Origin: Catajapyx aquilonaris
Lineage: Eukaryota
Direction of reading: 5' to 3'
DNA length: 33,090 nucleotides
Assembly (NCBI GenBank): GCA_000934665.2
Contig: JYFJ02004338.1
Location: 1-33,090, forward strand
The position numbers and the translations under genes were made by a program. The notes under the pieces were generated by a model, which was not told where the DNA came from, did no database searches, and saw nothing but the letters and a program-made list of their open reading frames with translations. This document shows positions 11,280-22,644 of this stretch, one piece after another. Numbering within the stretch: the stretch's first letter is position 1; every line of letters starts with the position of its first letter.

Positions 11280-14200
11280 CTATGGCTTATAATTGCGGTT
11301 GGGGATTCGACCCATGCTCTTGCTGCGAGATAGACCAGTCTTCTTCATCAGGTTGATCTTACCCTTTGATGGACGCACATCTGGAGGAGGAAAAATATGT
11401 GGTGATTTTTTTTCTTCAAATTTGTTCACACATCCAGTGCTGTACTGTGTACTTGCCCAGTACAGTATAGTGCATTACCTGGCTTGATAGCAGGGGTGTC
11501 CGACTTGGATCGCTGTGGACCACGCTCCTCAAGAGTCTGGTACTTGGTCAGTTCCATGGCCATAAAATCTGAAATTAGTCAAAAAAAATGTAGCACACAA
11601 CCAGTCATGTTGCAAAACAGTCGCTATTTACCGTCAATAGGAGGCCTGACTGGACATCCCTTCTCGAGTTCCTCGGGCAGCTTTCCCAGGAGCTCAACCT
11701 TGATCATGTTCCTGAAGACACGAGCGTACCGAGCGTCCTTTTTGTCCTCCGTGTCCTCGTCCTTCTGCTGCGTTATCTCGTCCCATGCCGAGCACACAAG
11801 GTCCATCTGCTTCAGGCGCAAGGTACGCTCTTCTGGGGTTCCTGTATCGTTCGTGTCGTACGTCCTCAGCCATCCGGGAAACTGGAATTGCCAAAAAAGG
11901 AAAATGTTTCGGACACATGTTCTGATGCGACTGTGTGGCCCTTGGCACCGCACCTTCTGGGCGATGAACTGTATCTGGTAGTACATGGACACCATCGCGG
12001 TCCACTTCCACATCTGCCTGAAGCGACTCCACATCTCCTCCAGGCTCTTTCCTCGCAGGGCATCGTCGGACAGGCCGTACGCCATGCAGACCATTTGCAG
12101 CTCTTTCATAGAGTAGTAGTCCTGGAGAAGAAAAAAATATATATTATATTAGAATCACCTTTTAAATCTCGAGGTCCTTTCCCATCTCGACCTGACCTTT
12201 TGCAGCTCGTGTTCCGGCATGAGTAGGAAGGTCTTCCACGACAGCAGGGCAGCCGAGCCGTTCTTGTTTCCCCTAGCACCCCGGGCCATCCTGGAGATAG
12301 AGGACCAAACCTCGTCCTGGTCGCAAATCGACTCCTTCTTGACTGTGTGGAAGCACGAGTCAGTATACCACACACACACGCATTTAAAAATAAAATAAAA
12401 TAAAAGATGATTAGATTTACTCTTTTTGATGTACATGGTGAGGCTGTCCTGAAAAGCTCCTTTGAGCTGCAGGAGAAGGGCTTCTATCCTGACCCTGACG
12501 TCCTCCAGGTTGCTGGAATAATCTTTCTTGGGTGGTTTGCCAGGAACGGATGGCAAGGGTGGCTTCCTCCCGGCAGCGTTGGGTCCCTTCATGGCTGCCA
12601 AGCAAAGAGAGACTTTAATAACAAGGAAAAAGCCACCAGCAGAGCCAAACTCCGCAGCCAACTTGAAAATAGTTTCTCATAGCCGCTAAATGAATCCGGA
12701 ATCTTCAAAATCAAAGCCTGGAAGGGTTTTTTGTTGTTGTTGTTGTTGGAACACTGTACAGTGTGGTACAAAGTTTCAGGTGTGTGTTGGGAAGGTAATA
12801 AAGCTCGTCGGGAACATTGTCAAGGGCAGCTTGAATCGGCCCTTAAACGCAGCGAGTTTCCAGTAGCAACCAGCAGTTTGAAGTGCACAAGCTCATGTTC
12901 TCTGGTGTGGAAAAGTCATCGAACCTCACAAAGCCTAACATTTGGCCTAAAACAAAAAATCACTTCTAAAAGAGCAGCAACTAAAACGTAAAGAGCTTCT
13001 CATTTATAACCGCTACTTTAAGCCCTATTGGCGGAGAACAGTTATGCAAAGCGCTGCTTCTGGAGAACCGCTACCTTTATGAGTTATGCCCTGCGAGTTG
13101 CATGATCCTACAACAAATTTGTATTCAAAAAATTATTCACCTTTCCCCAGAGCGTTTCGGATCTTCACCTCGAATCGAGCCTGAGCCGTTTTGATGAACT
13201 TGTCCTCATGCTGGGGGGTACCTGCGGGTGGGGGAAAAAAAGAACGATGAAACTGTCGCAATATTTCAGTTTTCTTATTATAGAACCGCAAACCCGAAGC
13301 AGCGGGACGGAAAGGGAACGAAGTGAAAAGCTCGACGACAATGCAGATGAGCCCTGTCACTCATACGAGAGCTACAAGTGGGGGGAAAAAATGTATCCCC
13401 GCAGCACCTTCAAGAACCATTTGTTTTCCGCGAGTTGGGAGGATTTTAAATGCGGAAGTTTTTGGGTCGTCCATCTCATATATAATCTGGGTTTAAATGT
13501 ACTACGATCGAGCTAGTTGAACTGTAGAAACTGTAGAGAACACCGCAATCTTCAGTTTTTGAATGTATCTTAAGTCGGGACACCCTGTGAAACGTGCAAA
13601 ATTCTCCTTGTGTTGAGACATAAACTTTGTCCTGAACCACCGGCAGAACCCGCCCGCCCGCCTTTAAAACCGCGTCTATCTACCAGATCCGGGCTGTCTG
13701 GCACGACACGACATCTTATTAATCATAAACAGGCAAAGCAAGGCAAGGCAAGGAATTTTCATATGCCCCGACATGTTTGCTAGTAATTAATTTTACCTAG
13801 CGTCTTGAGCAGAGCCTGCTGCCTCAAAGCTCCTCCGACGTCTTTGACCGCCCTCTCGTAAGCTGTAAAGACACAAAACAATGTATTTTTTAAAAAATAT
13901 ATATTTCCAACATTTCTGCACATTATGTTTGATTGTTAAAGCATGGGGACAATTGGAGGGGCTTAGGCTCATCCATTACGAATAAAGCCAAAAACGGAGG
14001 GTATCTCCTGAGAGACTGGAGCCTGGGCTTTTGAATCGATCCCCCCAACCCAACCCCCACAAGCACAGGGGGTTTTCCAAGGGCAGTTATTCTGCATCCC
14101 TCCCCACCAACTATGGAGTCACACACACAGAGCCCAGGATGGAGAATTCCAGTCGGTCTCAACAGATGGAGTCGAAGCCATGTGTCTCTCGCGACTAGAA

Positions 14201-14830
14201 ATCGAGCCGGAATCGAACCCAAAAAATATATTTATTTTCCAATAGTCACAAATTAGGATTTTCTCAAAACTTCTAATACACCTAATCCACTTATCCACAA
14301 ATTTGTCGGGTCATAAACAAGTTGACCCTTTTTTTAAAAAAAAAACAAATTTGATAGTACCTCTCTGTGCAATTAGCCTGTAGTTGTACTCGTGCATTGC
14401 GATGCTGATTTGCACCGCGTACTCGGCGAAGGAAGGCACGAAGAAGTGTTCCTCCCACAGTCGTTCGGTATCGTTGCCTTTCAGAAGCTTCTGAACGTCC
14501 TTAGACAGGTCTTGATCTGGAACAGGGGAAAGAGCTATGTAAGGGTCAATAGGTCACGCGTCCCAGGTGAAAAATATATACCGTAGGTCATGAGCTCCCT
14601 GGTGGCCCTCTCGTAGTTGGACATGAGTTGCTTGACCAGTTCCACGACCCAAAGTGACACAATTCGTTCCACCTCTTCGTTCGGGGCGTCTAAGTAACAT
14701 TGACAACATTAAGTACAAGGTGATGCAATGAGGAATAATTGATGGACCTACTTATTTTCTTGGTGTCGCAAAGCATGTTGTACACAATTTGCAGTCTGTC
14801 TTCCTTCTGTGCTCCCATTGCATAAGCCAT
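11280..14830 (-). CDS. PEX19: Divergent, elongated PEX19-family protein, paralog B (472 aa, no CaaX)
   Basis: Hand-spliced exons 14752-14830, 14582-14689, 14361-14516, 13797-13862, 13141-13221, 12421-12594, 12197-12342, 11954-12121, 11632-11881, 11479-11568 and 11280-11380. All introns are GT-AG and the frame stays open; total 1419 nt. The segment MYYQIQFIAQK|FPGWLRTYD...LRLKQMDLVCSAWDEI...DEDTEDKKDARYARVFRNMIKVELLGKLPEEL matches the Pex19 C-terminal domain pattern. The protein ends GRIPNRNYKP*. Confidence 0.8.
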
Positions 14831-15006
14831 GATTTCACTCCTTTGGTTTTGTAAACTGATGGTGAGAACAATAATTTTAAACTGCAGTCAAGTAATTTGT
14901 TCTTAACTATTCGCCCTCACGGTTTTAAATATGTCCGTACAGCGCGTACTGACTTTAAACCCCGTATTTTTCAACGCCGTTCTCTGTTTCTGTCCCGGAG
15001 TTTTAC

Positions 15007-15090
15007 CTTCAACGGACGTCCCCTAGGACTTGCCTTAATCCAGATAAAGCCTTGTTGCGTCTCCTCTTCCCCGGACAACAGGCGGACCAG
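15007..15090 (-). other. Probable upstream (5' UTR or N-terminal) exon of paralog B
   Basis: GC-richer block bounded by an acceptor (ttttccag) and a donor (AAG|gtaaaa), about 180 bp upstream of the ATG at 14830. Confidence 0.35.
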
Positions 15091-18000
15091 CTGGAAAACG
15101 GAGCAAATGTTGTCCTTCCTTTATCTCGTCCGGAACAAAAAAAACAGACAGAGCAACAAACATCGCCCCTGGAAACCGATCAAAGTTGCCATCAGTTTGA
15201 GACGGTTTTAGCAGGAACCGTATGTACTGTACTGTATATAAACAATGCCATGGTTACGGGGAAAATATTACGGTTGCCGTATACCCTGACTGTTAATTGT
15301 TACTGGTAATGTCAACAATCCAGGTTGAGCCGGTGCAAATACGGCTTGAATCAAATCGATTGGAAATATCCATAACAAAAGCAGATCGGCCGCAATCAGG
15401 CCACATTATGGGTCGATTACACCGGTAATAATTTCGGAGTTAACCTCAATCATCAGCTAAACACGAAATTACATCAACCTGATGGCGCAACAGGCACCTA
15501 AAATAGGAATTTGCCCTAAACTGTCATGGCGGCGAAGCTTAACATCTCCATCAAGAGTAGTGCGGAAATTTGAAATACATAAATCACAAAAGTAAAGAGA
15601 AATACATAAATCACACAAGTAACATACAATAAAAATTAAAACTCGATGAACTAATTTTACTAAAGTATAATACACATTCTGCCGGCATAAATTCCACGCA
15701 TGCGTCGACTTCGCGCTAATCCAGGCGTGATGGCCACCTCAGATGAGACAATAAAATGTATAAGATATTATAATAAATATATTAAAATCTATTTAAAATA
15801 ATAAAACAAAGTATGTAAGACAAATAGAAATACAATCTATTACAATATATCGAAAATAATAAAACAACCTCTAAAATTAAAATCAAATATACGAAAATAA
15901 AACAATGTATATTTAATAATAGGCATATGTACTGTACACTATTACAAGAAATAGGATAATACATACAGTACAAATAATACATCATAGTACTCATGGCTCT
16001 ATATTGTTCATGTACAGTACTCTGCCCTAAAGTGTAATGGAAATTATTATTTTTCCCTCCAATAATGGCCACCACGCTTGCGTTCTTATATTTACAGTCT
16101 ATTTTATAGCTGTACATAACATAATTTTTTAAATGTTGTTTGTTGACACTTGTGCACTCTTTTGTTAGGCTACTTGAACTTAATTTTGTGCTTGCTTCCC
16201 TGTTAATAGAGTATACGAATTCTGAGAGGGGGGTATACCCAAAATGTCTCGAGAAGGAACGATCTAAATTGCCTGCATTTCCTGAGGAAATTCCATTCGA
16301 ATTGAGGGAGAGAGAAAGTTTTTTTTTTCTTCTTCTTCTTCTTCTTCTTATCCTTTCTATACTTTGGAGGAAGGGGAGGGGGAGGAAAGGGAAAATGAGA
16401 AAGAATGATTCGCAGATAGTGGATGTGACATTCCGACAGCAAAAGAGGTGACAGATGTGCAGAGGAAGGCGTTGAATAATTTAGAACGAACTACTTGCTT
16501 CGACCCTATATACATATAGCTTTCAACTTTGACCTTATCCTGAAAATTCGGGAGGGCCAAGAGATTTGATTTTTTAAAAAAGAGGTCAACATATGCGTGT
16601 TTTTGTGTTGATTAAAACCTACTCATTCGATTCAAGTATTTAATGCGTTTTGCAGTGAAAGCGTTAAATCTCGTCAAGGGTTCTCATTATTTCCTTGTTA
16701 ATTACTCCTTGCGCGTTAATTTTGATGTAAATTCAAATTTGATATTTCCTACCCCCCCTCGAAACTGTCACAAAGTGCCGGCAGATTAAGGACGCCTCCC
16801 CCAGCCTATTTTACCCCTCCCACATCCTCTTCCTTCCACATAATGCTCACAGAAATTTGCTTTTCCGAATCCATAACCCGTACCGAGTAAAAGCAATTCC
16901 CAAGACCTATGGAAACTTCCCCATAGCAATTACCTCACCCGCAACACGTACTCTCTAAAATAGTACGGAGAAAAATTTATTAATTATTCGAATTAAGAAG
17001 TTAGCAACACTTATGGAAATTTTAAGGGAAGCGAACCTGTCATTTGAATACAACTCAAATTGGCTTGAGTTTGTGCCTCTGTTTGTCTTGGGTTAGTATG
17101 CGCCATCTATGTGTGGAATGTAGCAGATCTGTCTGAATTATTTTTTGTAATTTAAAATATTTTTGAGCAAATAAAGAACTAACATAGTTACTAAAATATA
17201 ACAACTATATACAGTATGTCCTGTGTATAGGATGCTGGGTTTATCTGGTGCAATTTAAAGAGATGAACTTTATAATCATAATATATTCGACTTGAGTCAG
17301 TTATTAATTATTGCTGGTTGGCATGAAGTTACTCATAATATTCTGGAGCGTATATTTAACCTTCCTTTCATTTATAACCATCTAATTACAAACACACAGC
17401 TTTATTTCACCCCCCTCAAAAAAATTTCACCAGCTTCCAAAAATACTTCCACACCTTGCCTCTTTAAAAAATCAATCATCGGAAGTCATTGATCATGCCA
17501 GTTGATTATGTAATTAGGGGATTATTAGACCGCAGACTTGCCCCCCCCCCCTTTTTTTGGGGGGGGGGGATGTAGGTTGGCTTCATAAATATGGAAACTG
17601 ATTGTTTGACCCAATTTTGAGGGTGGAAAGGAGTAGTTCCCTCATTGCCATTAAAAATTTACATTGCGATACAGTGCAGCGAGCCTCCAGACCCTTCCTT
17701 GTTATAATGCATTGTTGGCAAACTTTGGAGCCGAACATTTGGGGAGTTTTGAGTCAACAGATGGCTTTTACGAGACTGCAGGTGCTCCCATGGAAAATGG
17801 AACCTACATTGCGAATAATATATTTCGCGAAGGAAAAAAAAAACCCTGAAAAAATATATGGCGCCAGGTAGTTTTTTGATCTTTATGTGTGCATTTCACT
17901 GCTGAAAATGGAAGCTAATGGGAGTCATTTTTAGTCGGAGGTATAGCTGGGAAAATGGCTTCCTTTCTATATAGGGTATGGGTTGTGTGTTTTACTGCAA

Positions 18001-19706
18001 AATATTGGCACTCGGTTGTGTGAATTAATGCATGGGGCTGGAATTTTTGCATTTTTTTTTTGAAATGTGGACAAACATGGGACCTGTTTTTTAGTTGGGG
18101 ATATATGGATGCATTTACATATGCAGCGTGTGCTGTGTGGACAGTTCTGGTAGTGTGCGGATGTGGACGGCCCCCCCGTAAAATATTTACAGCGGTTTTT
18201 GGTGCGGTATACCAGTGGCGTAGTAGCTTTAGGCCACGGACATAACCACTCGAGTTAGCTCGATCAGACAAACGGTTTTCTCATTTGAGTTCTCTCCGAG
18301 TTCGCGGTGATTTCTCGGGGGGGATTTCCTTCGACTTCCATGCATCAATTTTGTTTCCCTTACATTTTTTTCACCCTGTCAGTGTTTAATGTAGTTTTCA
18401 GTCAAAAGGTGCCATTTCGACATGCTTCATGCTACGGCAACAATGAGCGAACTTAACCGTTGCTAACAATGTGTGCCAGATTGCTTAAACGAAAATGAAA
18501 CTTTTTTTTTTCATTTTTCTGGATGAATTTTTCACATTTTTCTCAGGTACTTATGGATTACTATAAACCCCCATTAATTCAATTGATTCTAGGTCTACAT
18601 ACCTTTATGGAAAATTATTTGGGACTCAGGACTTCATGTTTGTTAGTATATTATTACAAAACACATGCAGAGTTACACCTTTTTTGCTCAAAATGTGACT
18701 CGTACTATATATGCAAGTTGCGGACACTCTATTTGCTGCTTAGGCATGGATATACAGCACCTTAAACATGTTCGTTCTGGCAAAAATTATTCAATCCCCT
18801 GCAAAACTCAGCACCAATTGTAAAACTGCACTTACAGCCGCAGCGGAAAATTATTTAGCAGGAAATGCATTGTGGAAATCGCAACTTTAGCACGTAGTAC
18901 ATGTTTGCCGATATACTTCGAGGCAAGGAAAAATTCTGACGAATATTGTGTGTGGTTCCTACACGGAAGCAGTGTTTGACAACAACAAAAAAAAGGAGGC
19001 AACCTTTTATAAATATCGCAGAGAACTGGAAGAACTCAAAAGGTTAGCCGCATGTCAATACATATAAACGTGGCAGAAATTCCTCTGAGGTTAACTTCGA
19101 TAGTTTACGAGCAGTTGTAAGCCAGTTGCCATTAGTGTGGTGAGCAAATCACTGCTACTTAAAATAGCAATAACTGTTACTCAGAGACCTTTCATTTTGC
19201 ATATCTTTCCGCGCAAAAAAGTTTCTATAGAGTCAATATTAGCTTAACCTTATATACGGTACTGTATATAAAATTTTGTCTGTTTTGTGCTGTCCAACCT
19301 TTTCCCTATGGAAGTGTCACAGGTCCTTCTTTCTCGATATGGGTGTGGTCTCACACTTTCTAGGGGGGGGGGGGGATCCAATATTTGCCTTCCTTGCTTC
19401 CTCCACTTGTGTCAGCAACTAAATTAGGATCGCGTTCAAGTTGGCGTCGTCGTCGGAAAATAAAAATGGGGAAAGGGAAGCTCTCAGTGATGCGGAATTG
19501 AATTTTGAATGTTTGGTATGGGAGAAAGCAGCGTAAGAGGAGAAAAAGGTCTAAGACTCAATCTTGGGAGCCAATTGTATTAGTCCCCAGATCAACATGG
19601 AGCTCGAAATGTATTGAGGGAGGAAAAAAAAACTGGAATATCAGCTACAAAAACATTTTTTTTTTAAAAAAAGCCAAAGCTAATCTGTTTGTCCTGAGTG
19701 AGTCAT

Positions 19707-19851
19707 CTATAGATGAATTGTTTACGAGCGCAACCGACTGCGCACCCACCCTGCGCGGCTTTGGCAACGTCGCCATTTTTCTCCCAAAGTGTAGCGTTGG
19801 AAATAAGTGCAGTGCACACATAGATTTCCTCAGTCGAAAAAATTCATCTAT
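19707..19851. mobile_element. MITE family 1 type A, internally deleted copy
   Basis: Termini atagatgaattgtttacga and tcgaaaaaattcatctat. The interior contains gtagcgttggaaataagtgc. Confidence 0.8.
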
Positions 19852-21113
19852 GCAGTAGCCCTACTGTTGAGAGGTAGCAGGCCATTTGCACTTGTTTTTT
19901 AATTTTAAAAAACGGGTTAAGCAGGTACTTCTCAGGCTGCACTTTTCCTGCTCTTTTGTCCGCAAAATGCGCACATTTGTAACCAGCAGCGAAAGCTCCT
20001 CTCTTTCCCCCCCCCCCGTCTCTCCATATTTCGGTGAAGTGGATAGAAGAGGAGGATTTTCAAGGGCTGAAAAACTGAAAAACGTTTCATCCTCCTCTCA
20101 AAAACCTATGGAGAAAAGTATGTTAGGACTGTTTTCTCCTGAGAGTCAAATCGCAGGATGGGCCAGAAATTATGCTTATTCTATAGCTCAAGCTGAGTTG
20201 AATCAATAGCTTGAATATTTTTTTGAAAAATAACTACTATTCAACAATAACTGCAGATTTAAAGTCCATCTGTTATTTCAATTGGAGAACACCCAGTAAT
20301 ATTATAAAATATGGCACCCACATTCCAGCAGCCTGTCAGCGCCAAACGGCCAGATTTTCGGAGATGAAAAGTTCAGCAGCACTTCGATCTTCCCAAGAAC
20401 TGGCCAATTCTATAGAATAGGGGAGGAACATAGTCTATAGGAATACTAAATAATAAAAAAGGATGGAGAGATCGATATCTCATGAGCTATTGGACTATAT
20501 ATAAAAGAAAGGAAGCTGGATATATGCATGCAAAAAAAAAGCATTGAGTAACAATGGAGTTATTCAGACGCGATATTATGAGAGGATGCTATTCTTGGAA
20601 TGGACTAATTAAGAGAGCTATCGTATTCATCGAGCTGACTAATGAAGTGTGAGTTTCCTTCTCTATTTTTTTGTTCGGATAGAAAAATAGGTCTGGAATG
20701 ACAGTGGGGCTGCTTTAAGATCTAGGAGAAAAATCGATGGGGAGGGAATTTTTCGCAAATAAATCGATGGAATGCGGTCCAAAAAAAAGAATAGGGTTTT
20801 TTTTTTCAATTAATGCCATTATCTCCAGGAGTTAGTGCCGGAGAAGAGATCTAGGATGATTTGCAAGGTTGTCGCCATTACAAACAATAAAAAAGTGAAG
20901 GTCACACTATGAACGCTGATTGTTTATTGTACACTATGTACAGTATCCCCAAAAACTGGAATATCCAGCTTGTATTCGAGCACGTTCAAAAATACTCAAA
21001 AAATAGCCAAACAATAATTGCCTGATTTTTCAAGTGCAAAATGGCATCATTATTGACGTAAGGCAATTTCAACAGCAAAATTGTTACAGCATTATTTTGG
21101 ACTCTGTAATAAT

Positions 21114-21463
21114 CATGTGAAACCTCGATTCATCGTTTTTGTCGGGGAGCTTTTAAAAATATGGCTGCATGAAAATGACAAATTGAGAAACGCCATAATG
21201 CATAAACCGCGATTTTTTAAAATAAAAAAACGATGAATGCGGGAAAACTATAATTCGAGAAACGCTAAATGCGTAAACCCTGCATGTGCCGTTTCTGTAT
21301 TATTTTTTAAACGATGAATGCGGGAAAACTATAAATCGAGAAACGATATATGCCGTAAACCCTGCATGTATCGTTTCTCAATTTACATTTTTTTAACGAG
21401 ATCGCAGGACTTAAAATATTGAACGAGGAATCCGGGAACGATAAATCGAGGTTTTACTCTGTA
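21114..21463. mobile_element. pogo/Tigger-like MITE with an internal 81-bp tandem duplication
   Basis: Inverted termini gtgaaacctcgattcatcgtt and aacgataaatcgaggttttac. The repeat aaacgatgaatgcgggaaaactataa...gtaaaccctgcatgt occurs at ~21228 and ~21309. Confidence 0.6.
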
Positions 21464-22075
21464 ATAACAGCAGGAATTTTTTCTTATCGTCTTTAATAGT
21501 GTGTCTTTTATGACATTGGTTGCCATCTGGTTGTATAGTACGCATAAATTCACAACTTTTAAATCAAAGATTCCGTACATTACTGTTGTTACAGCTTTTG
21601 TGACGGAATCACATTTATTCAAGTGTAAATGAGTATAATAATCCCCCAAGAACAGCAATTGACCTATACACAGTACAGAGAAAACACTGCTCCTCCATAT
21701 AGTGTGTATAATGTCCTGCAGCAAAACGCCGTATGCAAATGGAAGCATCTGCCTGTGCATGATCAGGTTATGGAGTATCCCTAACTCTGCACGCTTTTCG
21801 CACACAGAGGCTAAGTGACGGACACTCCGAATTGCAAAATTAGATTTTGTCTGCTTTCCACCATCACTGCAGGGCATGTGTATCGCCCTCCATATAACTT
21901 GATATGCATTTCTGGCGAGTAACACGAAGTGCAAACTGGGCAACCTTTGACCCAATTTTGCATCTCAAAAGAAAGGCGGAAAGGCTACTGGTTTTAATCA
22001 GATAGAGTATTATGCTATAAAGGTGTTGCGAATATTAGATTATTAAAAGTGCGTCACTTTTAAAAAGTGACATTA

Positions 22076-22644
22076 AATTTTTTGTGAGCGCAACAGGGTG
22101 CGCACCCACACTCGCGCAGCTTTGACAACGTCGCAAACGTTGCCATTTTGTTTTTCTCAAAGCGTAGCGTTGGAAATAAGTGCAGCACGCAGTACACCCA
22201 CTATACAGAGCTCACACTCTTTAAAAATATCTAGTGTATTTCCACTCGATTTTTGAGTGATTTTCATTCTTTCTCCTACTGGAATTGACTCCCATTCTTT
22301 TTGAATGGAAAATCACTCGATCACTCGAGTGAAATATTTTCAAACTGTACAATCATTAATTTCACTCAATCATTTGAACGAAAGACGATTCAGATTCGAG
22401 AGAAATACCACTCGAATGGACTGAAATGGGTTTCACTCACTGAAAGAGCAGTCTTTCAGTCATTTTAACAATTTCTTCGAGTAATTTTTCACTCGATTTG
22501 AGTTAAAGTAACTCTTTGCTGAAAAGAGCATGTGTGAAATTTTCACTCGATTTTTTTAGAGAGTACCACCTATATCATTGATAATGCCAACCGTGCACGC
22601 TGCGCGAACTGTGGTGCGCACTCGGTTGCGTTCGTAAAAAAAAA
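22076..22644. mobile_element. MITE family 1 type A copy (reverse orientation) split by a nested element
   Basis: The left part 22076-22205 and the right part 22590-22644 are the reverse complement of the two halves of the outer element at 2389-2939. Confidence 0.75.
22215..22563. mobile_element. Non-autonomous DNA transposon, possibly CACTA/EnSpm-like
   Basis: Imperfect inverted termini cactctttaaaaatatctagtg and cactcgatttttttagagag. Six internal CACTCGA motifs at 22243, 22314, 22322, 22409, 22490 and 22544. Confidence 0.6.

Noticed and set aside
11293..12682. ORFs antisense to or out of frame with paralog B exons
   Set aside because: Explained by the spliced minus-strand gene.
17095..17115. 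AGTATGCGCCATCT, also at ~29166, resembles a CTCF site
   Set aside because: Only a partial match to the consensus, and such motifs are common in transposons.
17602..17871. LEPNIWGVLSQQM resembles the C-terminus of Tc1/mariner transposases
   Set aside because: Lacks the SPDLNP/DDE context and flanking inverted repeats.
21383..21955. 190-aa minus-strand ORF
   Set aside because: Non-ATG start, overlaps a MITE end, no recognisable motif, and lacks the GC-rich codon usage of the real genes.
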